From: an uncultured bacterium
Lineage (GTDB): Bacteria; Verrucomicrobiota; Kiritimatiellia; RFP12; UBA1067
Direction of reading: 5' to 3'
NCBI GenBank assembly: GCA_902779865.1
Contig: CACZDG010000012.1
Coordinates: 5,073-69,072, forward strand
DNA: 64,000 bases
The notes under the pieces are model-generated. The model did no database searches and had not been told where the DNA came from. It was given only the letters and a program-made list of their open reading frames with translations. Both the position numbers and the translations under genes were made by a program. Of this stretch, positions 10,901-20,056 are shown piece after piece. Position 1 is the stretch's first letter. The number at the start of each line of letters is the position of its first letter.

Positions 10901-11274
10901 TGCTGAGCTACAACGTCTATCGCAAGGAGATGAGCGGCTTCAAGCTGCCGGAGGGGATTGACGCGCCGGTGATGATCGGCGAGTTCCATTTCGGTGCGCT
11001 CGACCGCGGGCCGTTTTGTCCGGGGTTGATTCTCCTGCGCGACCAGAAGCACCGCGCCGAGACGTACAAGGAGTACGTGCGCACGTCGCTTGAGCATCCG
11101 CAGATCGTGGGCGTGCATTGGCACCAGTTCTCCGACCAGGCCACGTCCGGCCGTTTCGACGGCGAGAACATGCAGGTGGGCTGGACGGACGTGTGCGACA
11201 CGCCGTACTGGGATACGATCGCGGCAGTCCGCGAAATCGGCGCAAAGCTCTACGAAATCAGGTCTGGAAAATGA
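7924..11274 (+). CDS. Fusion of M14 zinc carboxypeptidase (Nna1-like) and GH50 beta-agarase-like hydrolase
   Basis: M14: SDYPGGNV, RHHACE, HDHNRDY, FDLHSP; GH50: WWIVDPDGHLWW, FFVDNE, VMIGEFHFGALDRG, DGENMQVG. Confidence 0.85.
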   Translation: MITRSFRTCFAAAVVAVVGVAYAAIEIRSDYPGGNVKVDKIDEAANVVVLRPDLRDTKGNWFYWDFTLSGAAGRRLHFQFPKNGYDYLASLGPAISRDGGKTWRWLNEDGKRHEPKNAFDYTFAADETETRFATSIPYLQKDWDAASVRWRGKDGVKFDVLCKSQSGRRDTELLRIPCRKGKAKWLFAYTARHHACETTANPVMEGIIDEILSGSPEGEWVRDNADCVFVPFMDKDGVEDGDQGKNRRPHDHNRDYVAGIYTSVRAFKELLVRESHGKKIVFFDLHSPHVRSYPRCPEQDCAFTFGSLSQWHNAHINAFRRNWAETSKGGALAYDGKNDIKAGTGYSVKMEKDRAAGLATSRQWVEAQPNCWASLCCEFGYSLCNGIYSQDGGRELGRNLLKAEVRTVAVPKSGDIVLFDAVSADASRISAQDGAVFSLSNGLLTVKTNPSDSYPGICIAGKWDLSRYGRIEVEFVNGGINGKYTLRLLNPGGDPGKQKGSMVYKLPIRNEAHAVLGTNMNSSYSNLNAIAERLKPLRVWALPYAAGVPYEMYKSRKSAPQSGIGQLDPKDVVQVAVYINQPKLPHTWSVKRIVAKKEAKPQATGTAQAWTKLSEKEFFPFLDKYGQFCHKDWPDKVHSDADFARQRAKEEKDLAAHPGPKGWDKWGGWADGPQLPKTGGFSTTKWNGKWWIVDPDGHLWWSHGPVRVLPSSAMTPLATPAGDRSGWFAELPKRDDPVFGMFYETRDELLWPYYGKRGIDKVYDFSAANIRRKYGEKWFETWADLAHRRLRSWSCNTIANSSDKRICLMDRTPYTERFEIHARPIAGHKGGWWEFCDPFDPSFRAEARRMTEVYKAEIDDPWCFGFFVDNEHHWGAAHSFGVSTLKSPANQPCKAVFRDRLKAKYGTVAKLNAAWGMSYKDWDDFLRVTKEPKSFKGAKADLEAFSSEIAENYFRIIREELKRANPGKLYLGCRWAGSAPAFTVKAAAKYCDVLSYNVYRKEMSGFKLPEGIDAPVMIGEFHFGALDRGPFCPGLILLRDQKHRAETYKEYVRTSLEHPQIVGVHWHQFSDQATSGRFDGENMQVGWTDVCDTPYWDTIAAVREIGAKLYEIRSGK

Positions 11275-11356
11275 CAGTAGGGAAAATCAGATATGGACAT
11301 CGCATGAGATTTTTGGTTTAATATCCGCAATTTCATTTCAAAAAGAAGGAACGTTC

Positions 11357-13792
11357 ATGGATGACGTAATAGTGATTGGCGCAGGCGTAGTGGGCTGTAT
11401 GACCGCCCGCGAGCTGAGTCGCTGGAATCTGAAGGTGACGGTGCTGGAGGCCGGATCGGACGTTGCGGAAGGCGCGTCCAAGGCAAACAGCGCCATCGTA
11501 CACGCCGGTTTTGACGCGAAACCCGGCACGAACAAGGCGAAGTTCAACGTCCTCGGCAACAAGATGTTCGAGAACGCCTGCAAGGAGCTGAAGGTGCCGT
11601 TCAAGCGGAACGGCTCGCTCGTGCTTGCCTTCAACGACGAGGAGGTCAAGGGACTTGAGGACCTCGTGGCGAAAGCGGAGAAGAACGGCGTGCCGGTGGA
11701 GATAATCGGGCAGGAAGAGCTGCGAAAGCGCGAACCGAACGTTTCGCCCGAGGCCGTTGCCGCGCTGTGGGCGCCGACCGGCGGCATTTGCTGTCCGTAC
11801 GAGCTGACCTTCCGCGCCGCAGAGAACGCCGCCGCGAACGGCGTCTCGTTCATCTTCGACGTGCGCGTGACGGCGCTCGAACGGACGGACGACGTCTGGC
11901 GCGTGACGTGCGAGGACGGCCGCGTTTTCACGGCGAAGACGCTGATCAACTGCGCCGGCATCCACTCGGACGAACTCAACAACCTCGTGAGCGCCACGAA
12001 GTACAACATACAGGCGCGACGTGGCGAGTACCTCATGCTTGACCGCGACGAGGAGGCAAGCTTCTCCGCGACGATGTTCCAGGTGCCTTCGAAGATGGGC
12101 AAGGGCATCCTTGTTTCGCCCACTGTTGACGGTACGGTGATCGTGGGCCCGACGGCCGAGGACATCCCCGACAAGGAGGACAAGGCGACGACCTACGAGG
12201 GTCTTGAGAAGGTCAAGGCCGGCGCACGTCGCACGTATCCCGGTCTGCCGCTCAACAAGGTTATCACCGAGTTCAGCGGACTCCGCGCACACGAAACCAC
12301 CGTGAGCGACTTCGTTCTAGGTGAAGCACCGGACGCACCTGGCTTCTTCAACGCGCTCGGCGTGGAGTCGCCCGGTCTCACGAGCGCCCCCGCAATTGGT
12401 GCATGGCTCGCGGAGCGCGTCGCCGGGAAGCTGGACGCCACGCGCAAGGCGGCGACGGAAATCTCTCTCGACGTGAGCGAGTGGCCTGAGACGCGCAAAA
12501 TGGACAAGGCCGACCTTGCGGCGCTCATCCAGAAGGATCCGGCGTTCGGCCGCGTGATATGCAGGTGCGAATCGATTTCAGAGGGTGAGATACGCGCCGC
12601 GATCCGCTGTCGTGTAGGTGCGCGCACGCTGGACGGCATCAAGCGCCGCACCCGCAGCGGCATGGGGCGTTGCCAGGGCGGGTTCTGCACCCCGAAGCTC
12701 ATCGAGATACTTGGCGAAGAACTCGGGCTTCGCCCAGATGCGTTCCTTGCCTCGCGCAAGACCGCGCCTGCGGAACTGCGTGAAGCCGCCGCAGCCGCGA
12801 CGACTGGCGAAGGCACTTGGGACGTGACCGTGATTGGCGCTGGTCCTGCGGGACTTGCCGCCGCGATTGCCGCCCGTGACGCGGGCGCGGAGAAGGTGCT
12901 GGTGCTGGAGCGCGACGATGCGCCCGGCGGCATCCTCCAGCAGTGCATCCACAACGGCTTCGGCCTCCACCGCTTCAAGGAAGAGTTGACTGGCCCCGAA
13001 TACGCGCAGCGCTTCATCGACGACGCGCGTGCGAAGAAGATTCCGATTCGCTGCGGCACGATGGTGATGGAAATCGCGCCCGGTGCGACGCACACCATTA
13101 CCACTATGAGCCGTCGTTACGGAATGCAGGAAGTCAAGACGAAGTCAGTGGTGCTTGCGATGGGGTGCAGGGAGCGTCCGCGTGGTGCGCTAATGACTCC
13201 GGGCACGCGTCCGGCGGGCGTTTACACGGCCGGCACCGTGCAGCGTCTCGTGAACATGGACGGCATCATGCCGGGCAAGCGCGTGGTGATCCTCGGCTCC
13301 GGCGACATCGGCCTCATCATGGCGCGACGCCTCACGTTCCAGGGCGCGAAGGTGCTCGCCTGCATCGAGATCATGAAGAAGAGCTCGGGCCTCATGCGAA
13401 ACGTGGTGCAGTGTCTGCAGGACTACGACATCCCGCTCCTGCTCTCGCACACGGTCACGGACGTCGAGGGCCGCGAGCACGTGACGGGCGTGAAGGTGAG
13501 CCAGGTGGACGACAACCTGAAGCCGATTCCCGGCACCGAAATGCATTTCGACTGCGACACGCTGCTTCTCTCGTGCGGACTCATCCCCGAGAACGAACTG
13601 ACCAAGGCGGCCGGAGTGGAGATGGATCCCAAGACGCGCGGACCGAAGGTCGATGCTTCAATGGCCACGAGCGTGCCTGGCATCTTCGCCGGCGGCAACG
13701 TCGTGCGCGTGTACGACCTCGTGGATTGGGTGAGCCGCGATTCTGAAATTGCTGGAAGGAGTGCTGCAAAGTATGCAACTGATCTGCATTAA
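11357..13792 (+). CDS. FAD-dependent glycerol-3-phosphate dehydrogenase-like oxidoreductase with BFD [2Fe-2S] domain, fused to an NAD(P)/FAD oxidoreductase
   Basis: Two Rossmann motifs (IGAGVVG, IGAGPAG), CRCE...RSGMGRCQGGFC BFD motif, GSGDIGLIMARR; start reassigned to ATG 11357 after AAGGA. Confidence 0.88.
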   Translation: MDDVIVIGAGVVGCMTARELSRWNLKVTVLEAGSDVAEGASKANSAIVHAGFDAKPGTNKAKFNVLGNKMFENACKELKVPFKRNGSLVLAFNDEEVKGLEDLVAKAEKNGVPVEIIGQEELRKREPNVSPEAVAALWAPTGGICCPYELTFRAAENAAANGVSFIFDVRVTALERTDDVWRVTCEDGRVFTAKTLINCAGIHSDELNNLVSATKYNIQARRGEYLMLDRDEEASFSATMFQVPSKMGKGILVSPTVDGTVIVGPTAEDIPDKEDKATTYEGLEKVKAGARRTYPGLPLNKVITEFSGLRAHETTVSDFVLGEAPDAPGFFNALGVESPGLTSAPAIGAWLAERVAGKLDATRKAATEISLDVSEWPETRKMDKADLAALIQKDPAFGRVICRCESISEGEIRAAIRCRVGARTLDGIKRRTRSGMGRCQGGFCTPKLIEILGEELGLRPDAFLASRKTAPAELREAAAAATTGEGTWDVTVIGAGPAGLAAAIAARDAGAEKVLVLERDDAPGGILQQCIHNGFGLHRFKEELTGPEYAQRFIDDARAKKIPIRCGTMVMEIAPGATHTITTMSRRYGMQEVKTKSVVLAMGCRERPRGALMTPGTRPAGVYTAGTVQRLVNMDGIMPGKRVVILGSGDIGLIMARRLTFQGAKVLACIEIMKKSSGLMRNVVQCLQDYDIPLLLSHTVTDVEGREHVTGVKVSQVDDNLKPIPGTEMHFDCDTLLLSCGLIPENELTKAAGVEMDPKTRGPKVDASMATSVPGIFAGGNVVRVYDLVDWVSRDSEIAGRSAAKYATDLH

Positions 13793-14123
13793 CTGCCCGA
13801 AAGGCTGTGAACTTACGGTGGAGCGCGGCGCTGACGGCGCCGTGAAGGTGACGGGCCATACGTGTCCGCGTGGCGAGGCGTACGGCATCGCGGAGATGAC
13901 GAACCCCATGCGCATGGTGACTGGTCTTGTGCGCGTCGCCGGAACGCGGCGTCCGCTGCCCGTCAAGACGCGCACCGCCATCCCGAAGGGCAAGATCGCC
14001 GAGGTGACGAACCTGCTTGCGAATACCACGGTGTTGCCGCCGAAGAAGATCGGCGATCTCGTGATTGAGAACGCATGCGACACTGGCGTGGACGTGGTCG
14101 CAACGGCGATGTGCGCCGTCTGA
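13773..14123 (+). CDS. DUF1667-family small Cys-rich subunit
   Basis: CINCPKGC...CPRG...NPMRMVT...LPVKT; usual third gene of this oxidoreductase trio. Confidence 0.85.
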   Translation: MQLICINCPKGCELTVERGADGAVKVTGHTCPRGEAYGIAEMTNPMRMVTGLVRVAGTRRPLPVKTRTAIPKGKIAEVTNLLANTTVLPPKKIGDLVIENACDTGVDVVATAMCAV

Positions 14124-14127
14124 CGCC

Positions 14128-15123
14128 GTGATTGCCGACTACGGATACGATGGAGGACCACTCGCGATTCCGGGCGCGGTTCCCGCGCGCGTAGTGGCCG
14201 CGTACGGCGACTACTACCGCGTCGTGTGCGACGAGGGCGAGTGCATCGCACGCAAGAAAGCGGGCGCGTACCACAACCGTCCCGATGCAATCCCTCCCAC
14301 GACGGGCGACTTCGTGGCGCTCAAGTGGAATCCGCACGGAGAAGGGCGCATCGTCGCCACGCTGCCGAGGAAATCGCGTTTCGAGCGTCTCGACCCTTCG
14401 TCAAAACGCCGTCAGGCGCAGACGATTGCCGTCAACTTCGACACGCTCTTCTTTCTGATGAGCCTCAACCAGAACTTCTCCGTGCGCCGTCTCGAACGCT
14501 TCCTAGCCGCAGGGGCGGCGTCCGGCGCGCCCGTGGTGGTGGTGCTTACGAAAAGCGACCTCGTGGACGAGCAAGAGCTCGCGGAATACCTCGCGCAGGC
14601 GCGGGCGCACTCGGGTGGCGCGGAAGTAGTTGCCATTTCATCGCTCACGGGCGTGGGACTCGACAAGCTCGCGCCGTACGTCCAGCCGCGTCGCACGCTC
14701 GCGTTCATCGGGTCGTCCGGCGTGGGGAAGTCGTCGCTTGTTAACGCCCTCGCCGGCGAAGAGCTGATGCCGACGCTGGAGATACGCGAATGGGATTCAA
14801 AGGGACGCCACACCACGACCGAACGCGAGCTTGTGCGTCTCTCGTCCGGTACCCTCGTAATCGACACTCCCGGAATGCGCGAACTCGGGCTTTGGGATGC
14901 GGACGCCGGACTTTCTGATACATTTTCGGACATTGAAAACCTAATCGGTCAGTGCCGGTTTTCGGACTGTCGCCATGATACGGAGCCCGGTTGCGCCGTC
15001 AAGGCGGCACTTGCAGATGGCACGCTTGATGCCGTGCGTTGGGATGCCTACATGCGACTCAAAATCGAGTCGGCTGGCGGCGAAATCACACGCGTATCAT
15101 CTTCGCACCGCTATCGTAAATAA
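14128..15123 (+). CDS. rsgA: Ribosome small subunit-dependent GTPase A
   Basis: Circularly permuted G motifs TKSD, GSSGVGKS, HTTT, DTPG; Zn finger CRFSDCRHDTEPGC; start uncertain (GTG 14128). Confidence 0.93.
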   Translation: MIADYGYDGGPLAIPGAVPARVVAAYGDYYRVVCDEGECIARKKAGAYHNRPDAIPPTTGDFVALKWNPHGEGRIVATLPRKSRFERLDPSSKRRQAQTIAVNFDTLFFLMSLNQNFSVRRLERFLAAGAASGAPVVVVLTKSDLVDEQELAEYLAQARAHSGGAEVVAISSLTGVGLDKLAPYVQPRRTLAFIGSSGVGKSSLVNALAGEELMPTLEIREWDSKGRHTTTERELVRLSSGTLVIDTPGMRELGLWDADAGLSDTFSDIENLIGQCRFSDCRHDTEPGCAVKAALADGTLDAVRWDAYMRLKIESAGGEITRVSSSHRYRK

Positions 15124-15142
15124 AAAAGTACTAGGACAAAAC

Positions 15143-17962
15143 ATGAAAGCTAAAATACTGATTTCATCCGTAGGTTTCGCGGCCGCAGCGCTCTCGTACG
15201 CGCCAGCACCTGTTGTTTTCGACACGCCGGCCAAAGACGAGAAGGGCATTATGGTGCTCGGCAACGGCGAGGTGGGCGCCACGGCGTGGCTGGACGCCGC
15301 CGGCACGCTGCACACCGTGCTGCAGAACTCTGATTCGTGGAACGAGGGCGGACGCCACGTCAAGACCGGCGCGATCGACTACGAGACGAAGTCGCCAGTT
15401 GACGCGGGCACGTATAGGCAGGAGCTCTCAATGGAGCGTGGCGAGTTTGAGGCCACGTGGAAGAGCGGCGGAAGGGATGTGACTGTACGCTACCGCGTAC
15501 AGCACGGAACAGATTCAATTGTCGTGTGCGACGTGAAGGGCCCGCCGGATGTCGAGGCGAAGGTGGTCAACTGGCGTCTCTACCCCGGAGGGTCGAAAGA
15601 GTTCGGCGTCGGCGAGTATGAGCTCGGCAACAGGTTCTGCGAGGGTGGTCCTTTCGGGAGAGTCCTGAGCAAGAAGAAGTTCACCATCAGCGCCGACCGT
15701 CTTGTGCAGGGCGGTTGGTGCCACGTGAACCGCAACGAGACGGTTGCCGACCTGATGAAGGTGTATGACTACTACCAGGCGACGGGCGGTCTCGGCAAGC
15801 CGGATCTGCTTTCAGACCGCGCGTTCGGTGGCGTGACGAGAAAGATCGTGGTGAAGAAAGCAAGCGTACGACAGCAAGACGGCGACCTTGATGTTGTACG
15901 CTTGTTGTCATCCGACGTACCTTCACGTACCTTCTTCTTCACCGCGATCACGTGCTATCACCCGTGCAAGGACGCGGCTGAATGGCTGCGCCGCACGAAC
16001 GAAATGCTCGACCGCGACGGCTGGAACATCGACGGCGAGGAGGCGAAACGCGCGGCGCACATCGCCTGGTGGCGCGCGTTCTGGAACCGCAGCCATATCG
16101 CTGTCACGCCGGCCCCCGCCGCAAAAGATGCGCCGCCCAAGCTCTACGATTTCCCCACCAACAGCAAGCTGCCACTCAGCTTCGGCGTGGATTCCAAGGG
16201 CGGCAACAAGTTTCTCGGCACGTTCGCGTCCGCCGAAGTGGCGTTCGATGGGAAGGCGGTGTATTCGGGCGCTCCGAAGGCGAGGGACGTGATTGCAACG
16301 GGTAAGATGCCCGTTGGCCATGCCTTCCGCTTCACGTGCAAATTCACGACGGACCATCTTGAAAAACCGCAACGGCTTCTCGACAACATGACGCCCGGCG
16401 GAAGCGACGGCTTCATCGTCGATGTCTATCTCGGGCGCCCGCGCGCGATTTTCGGTTCGGTGCAGATGCACCACTCCTCTAAGATCGCGGCAGGACGCGA
16501 GACGACGCTTGAGGTGAGCGTTTCGAAGTACGGCACGGCGGAAATCGTCGTGAACGGCAAGAGCGAGAAGAAGGAACTGGGGCGTCCCTTCATCCCGCTT
16601 GCCGACGAGTGCGCGGCGATCACGACCGCCTACGCCGCGCAGCGCTACCTCACAGCGTGCGCGTCGCGCGGACGCCTCCCGATCCGCTTCAACGGCACGC
16701 TCTTTACGATCTCCCACAGGGGCGATCCCGACTACCGCCGCTGGGGCAACGGCTACTGGTGGCAGAACACGCGCCTGCCGTACTACCCGATGTTCGCCGC
16801 CGGCGACATCGACGGCACCGACGCGCTCTTCGACATGTACTTCGGGAAGCTGGAGTTCTTCAAGAAGCGCACGAAGAAGTATTTCGGACACGACGGCGCG
16901 TACTTCCCCGAGTGCATGCAGCCGTGGGGCGACCACTTCATGGGCTGCTACGGTCCGGAATGCGAGTGGAAGTACCGCAAGGACAAGCACCAGTACCATC
17001 CCTGCCACAAGTACGTCTGGGTCGGCCAGCTGGAGCTCTCGCTCATGGCCATCATGCGCTGGCAGCACACGCGCGACGACGCATGGTTCAAGAAGAACGC
17101 GCTGCCGTCCATCCGCGAGTACGTGCGCTACTTCGACGGACACTTCAAGCTGGACGCGAAGGGCCGCTACCACATGTACCCCGCGCAGGCAGTCGAGACA
17201 TGGCAGGACTGCACGAACCCGATGACCGAGGTGGCGGGCCTCACCCGCGTCACGGACCTCCTCCTCGCGATGCCCGATGGCGTGGTCTCGGCGGACGACC
17301 GCGCGTTCTTCGCGAAGATCCGCGCGCGCCTGCCGGAGCTGCCCACGCGCACGCTCGAGAACGGCGGCGTCGTGTTCGCGCCGGCGGAGATATACAAGCG
17401 CCACGGCAACGTCGAGACGCCGGAGCTCTACTGCGTGTTCCCGTTCCGCCTCAGCTCGTTCGAGAAGCCGAACGCGGAGATCGGCCGGCGCACGTACACG
17501 GAAGGACGCTTCCACAAGCTCTATTTCGGCTGGGCGCAGGACGAGCTGAACGCGGCGTATCTCGGCATGGCGGAGGAGGCGCGCGAGCACATAGTTGACC
17601 GCGTGTTCAAGAACACGCCCACGCTTGGCCGGACGATTGCCTGCAACGAGGAGAACATCGCCGAGCGCGCGTACAGGCCGTCCGAATACCGCTGGCCGGC
17701 GTACTGGGGCCCGAACTACAACTGGCGTCCCGACCAGGACGAGGGCGGCGTGTTCCAGAACACGATCCAGTCGATGCTTCTGCAGTACGAGGGCGACAAG
17801 ATCTTCCTCCTGCCCGCGTGGCCGAAGGAGTGGAACTGCGACTTCAAGCTCAACGCGCCGAAGAACACGACGGTGGAGGGGCGTATCGTTGACGGCGAGC
17901 TGAAGGAGCTCGTGGTCACGCCCGTCGCTCGCCGCAAGGATGTTTTTCCCCCGCACAAATAA
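15143..17962 (+). CDS. GH95-like/DUF5703 glycoside hydrolase with inserted LamG-like domain
   Basis: Signal peptide; LGNGEVGATAW, YWWQNTRLPY, AVETWQ, PELYCVFPF, LLPAWPKEW; beta-rich insert about aa 340-470. Confidence 0.75.
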   Translation: MKAKILISSVGFAAAALSYAPAPVVFDTPAKDEKGIMVLGNGEVGATAWLDAAGTLHTVLQNSDSWNEGGRHVKTGAIDYETKSPVDAGTYRQELSMERGEFEATWKSGGRDVTVRYRVQHGTDSIVVCDVKGPPDVEAKVVNWRLYPGGSKEFGVGEYELGNRFCEGGPFGRVLSKKKFTISADRLVQGGWCHVNRNETVADLMKVYDYYQATGGLGKPDLLSDRAFGGVTRKIVVKKASVRQQDGDLDVVRLLSSDVPSRTFFFTAITCYHPCKDAAEWLRRTNEMLDRDGWNIDGEEAKRAAHIAWWRAFWNRSHIAVTPAPAAKDAPPKLYDFPTNSKLPLSFGVDSKGGNKFLGTFASAEVAFDGKAVYSGAPKARDVIATGKMPVGHAFRFTCKFTTDHLEKPQRLLDNMTPGGSDGFIVDVYLGRPRAIFGSVQMHHSSKIAAGRETTLEVSVSKYGTAEIVVNGKSEKKELGRPFIPLADECAAITTAYAAQRYLTACASRGRLPIRFNGTLFTISHRGDPDYRRWGNGYWWQNTRLPYYPMFAAGDIDGTDALFDMYFGKLEFFKKRTKKYFGHDGAYFPECMQPWGDHFMGCYGPECEWKYRKDKHQYHPCHKYVWVGQLELSLMAIMRWQHTRDDAWFKKNALPSIREYVRYFDGHFKLDAKGRYHMYPAQAVETWQDCTNPMTEVAGLTRVTDLLLAMPDGVVSADDRAFFAKIRARLPELPTRTLENGGVVFAPAEIYKRHGNVETPELYCVFPFRLSSFEKPNAEIGRRTYTEGRFHKLYFGWAQDELNAAYLGMAEEAREHIVDRVFKNTPTLGRTIACNEENIAERAYRPSEYRWPAYWGPNYNWRPDQDEGGVFQNTIQSMLLQYEGDKIFLLPAWPKEWNCDFKLNAPKNTTVEGRIVDGELKELVVTPVARRKDVFPPHK

Positions 17963-17971
17963 AAGAAATTG

Positions 17972-17980
17972 TGATATACT
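17972..17980 (+). promoter_or_regulatory. Extended -10 promoter, probably leaderless
   Basis: TGATATACT ending 8 nt before ATG 17989; no SD. Confidence 0.6.
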
Positions 17981-17988
17981 AATTTCCC

Positions 17989-19263
17989 ATGAACGCATTG
18001 GCAGAACAGTTGAATACGACCTTGGGATCGATGGCGGAAATGCTGTCCCCAACTGGCCGCAGGATGTATTTCCCCTACGGGGGGATTCTTGGACAGGGCG
18101 CGGAGGCGAAGACGTGCGCCATCAACGCGACGATTGGAATGGCCTTCGAGGAGGACGGATCACCGCTCGTGATGGACTGCTTCGCCGGACAGACCAAGCT
18201 TGACAGGAAGGCTTTTCTCTACGCAGGCAGTTTCGGTCTCATGCCGTTACGCGAGGAGTGGAAGAAGATGCAGGTGAAGAAAAATCCGTCCCTGCGCGGA
18301 AAGAAGTATTCCCTGCCAGTCGTTACGAATGCGCTCACGCACGGTCTGCGAATCGCTGGCGAGCTTTTCGCCGGACCTGGCGACGAGGTTGTTGCGCCGA
18401 ATCTCTATTGGGACAACTACTCCCTGATCTTTGAGGATACTTGCGGTGCGAAGCTCACAACGTTCAACATGTTCCGCGCAGGTGCGTTTGACGCGGCGGC
18501 GATGAAGCGCGCCCTCTCCGCGCCGGGAACGAAGAAGATTCTTGTCCTAAACTTTCCTAACAACCCCACGGGATACACGGCCACAATGGAGGATGCAAAG
18601 AAGATCGTATCCGCCGTCAAGTCCGTTGCAGAGCGCGGAAAGAAGATCGTTGTCGTGATTGATGATGCGTACTTCGGCCTTGTTTACGAAAAGGGCGTAC
18701 ACGCCGATTCCATGTTCGCGGAATTCGCGGATCTGCACAGGAACGTCCTCGCCGTCAAGCTGGACGGCACCACTAAGGAGGACTACGTGTGGGGGCTGCG
18801 CGTTGGATTCATCTCGTTCGCGTGGAAGGGTGCGAAGGAAGAACAGCTCAAGGCGCTTGCGGCAAAGGCTGCCGGAAACGTGAGAAGCGGAATCTCCAAT
18901 GGCTCGTCAATCGGGCAGCACATGGCGCTGAACGCCTATTCCGATCCGGCATACGTGAAGCAGAAGCGCGAGAAGTACGCCGTGCTCAAGAAGCGATACA
19001 GGATAATCCGCTGTCTGCTGAAAACTCATCCCGAATGGCGAGACCAGTTCGAGCCAATGCCGTTCAACAGCGGATACTTCATGTGCGTGAAGCCGAAGGG
19101 CGTCGATGCGGAGTCCGTGCGTCGCCTGCTCATCTCGAAGTACTCCACCGGCACGATAGTGCTTTCTGGGCTCATCCGCCTCGCTTTCTCCACAACTCCT
19201 TGCGACAAGCTTCCGACGCTCTTCGCGAACGTGGCGGCGGCTATCAAGGAACTCCAGCACTAA
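17989..19263 (+). CDS. PLP-dependent aminotransferase class I/II
   Basis: NFPNNPTGY, IDDAYFG, KLDGTTKE (PLP lysine), GLRVGF. Confidence 0.9.
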   Translation: MNALAEQLNTTLGSMAEMLSPTGRRMYFPYGGILGQGAEAKTCAINATIGMAFEEDGSPLVMDCFAGQTKLDRKAFLYAGSFGLMPLREEWKKMQVKKNPSLRGKKYSLPVVTNALTHGLRIAGELFAGPGDEVVAPNLYWDNYSLIFEDTCGAKLTTFNMFRAGAFDAAAMKRALSAPGTKKILVLNFPNNPTGYTATMEDAKKIVSAVKSVAERGKKIVVVIDDAYFGLVYEKGVHADSMFAEFADLHRNVLAVKLDGTTKEDYVWGLRVGFISFAWKGAKEEQLKALAAKAAGNVRSGISNGSSIGQHMALNAYSDPAYVKQKREKYAVLKKRYRIIRCLLKTHPEWRDQFEPMPFNSGYFMCVKPKGVDAESVRRLLISKYSTGTIVLSGLIRLAFSTTPCDKLPTLFANVAAAIKELQH

Positions 19264-19280
19264 CAGAAAGGGTACATGAC

Positions 19281-20051
19281 ATGTTGAAAGAGAAATTCGA
19301 CCTTACCGGCAAGAAGGCATTCGTTACGGGAAGCGCGCGCGGCATCGGACGCGCGATCGCCGCGGCGTTTGCGGAATACGGAGCGCGCGTGATCGTACAT
19401 GGCGTGAAGCCGAGCGCACCGCTTGAGGCGAGCCTTGCTGAGGCGCGCTCGTTCAATCCGGCGTGCGACGCAATTACGGGCGACCTTGGCGATCCTGCCG
19501 CAGTAGAGGCAATGTTCGCGCGTCTTGCCGAGATGGACGCAATGCCGGACATCCTTGTTGCATGTGCATCGATACAGAAGAACATACACTGGTCAGAGTT
19601 CGACGCGGAGGAGGCGCACCACGAAATGGAGGTGAACTTCCACGCCACGTTGCGCATGTTCCAGCTTGCCTATCCGAAGATGAAGGAACAGGGATGGGGA
19701 CGCCTCATCGTGGTTGGCAGCGTCCAGGAGCAGCGTCCGCATCCCGAGATGTGCGCATACGCGGCGACGAAGTCCGCGCTTGAGAACCTCGTGCGCAACA
19801 TCGCGCGTCAGGTCGCGAGAGAAGGCATTACCGTGAACAACCTCTGCCCCGGCGCGTTCGCCACGGACCGCAACGCGGCCGCGTTGAGCAATCCGGTTTA
19901 CCGCGAGAAGGTGATGAACGCCATTCCGATGCACGATACCGGGCGTCCAGAGGACGCCGCCGGCGCAGCGCTGCTGCTTGCTTCCGAAGCTGGCCGATAC
20001 ATCACCGGCACGACGATCATGGTGGATGGTGGTTTGCGTCTTCCGGGCTGA
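19281..20051 (+). CDS. Short-chain dehydrogenase/reductase
   Basis: TGSARGIG, YAATK, VNNLCPG, VDGG. Confidence 0.92.
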   Translation: MLKEKFDLTGKKAFVTGSARGIGRAIAAAFAEYGARVIVHGVKPSAPLEASLAEARSFNPACDAITGDLGDPAAVEAMFARLAEMDAMPDILVACASIQKNIHWSEFDAEEAHHEMEVNFHATLRMFQLAYPKMKEQGWGRLIVVGSVQEQRPHPEMCAYAATKSALENLVRNIARQVAREGITVNNLCPGAFATDRNAAALSNPVYREKVMNAIPMHDTGRPEDAAGAALLLASEAGRYITGTTIMVDGGLRLPG

Positions 20052-20056
20052 TGCCG

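Noticed and set aside
11090-11356. N-terminal extension of the 900-aa ORF
   Set aside because: Overlaps the GH50 3' end out of frame; the Rossmann motif and SD place the start at 11357
15923-18052. 709-aa antisense ORF opposite the GH95-like gene
   Set aside because: Shadow ORF from the strong GC3 codon bias of the sense gene; Arg/Ala/Val-rich with no motifs
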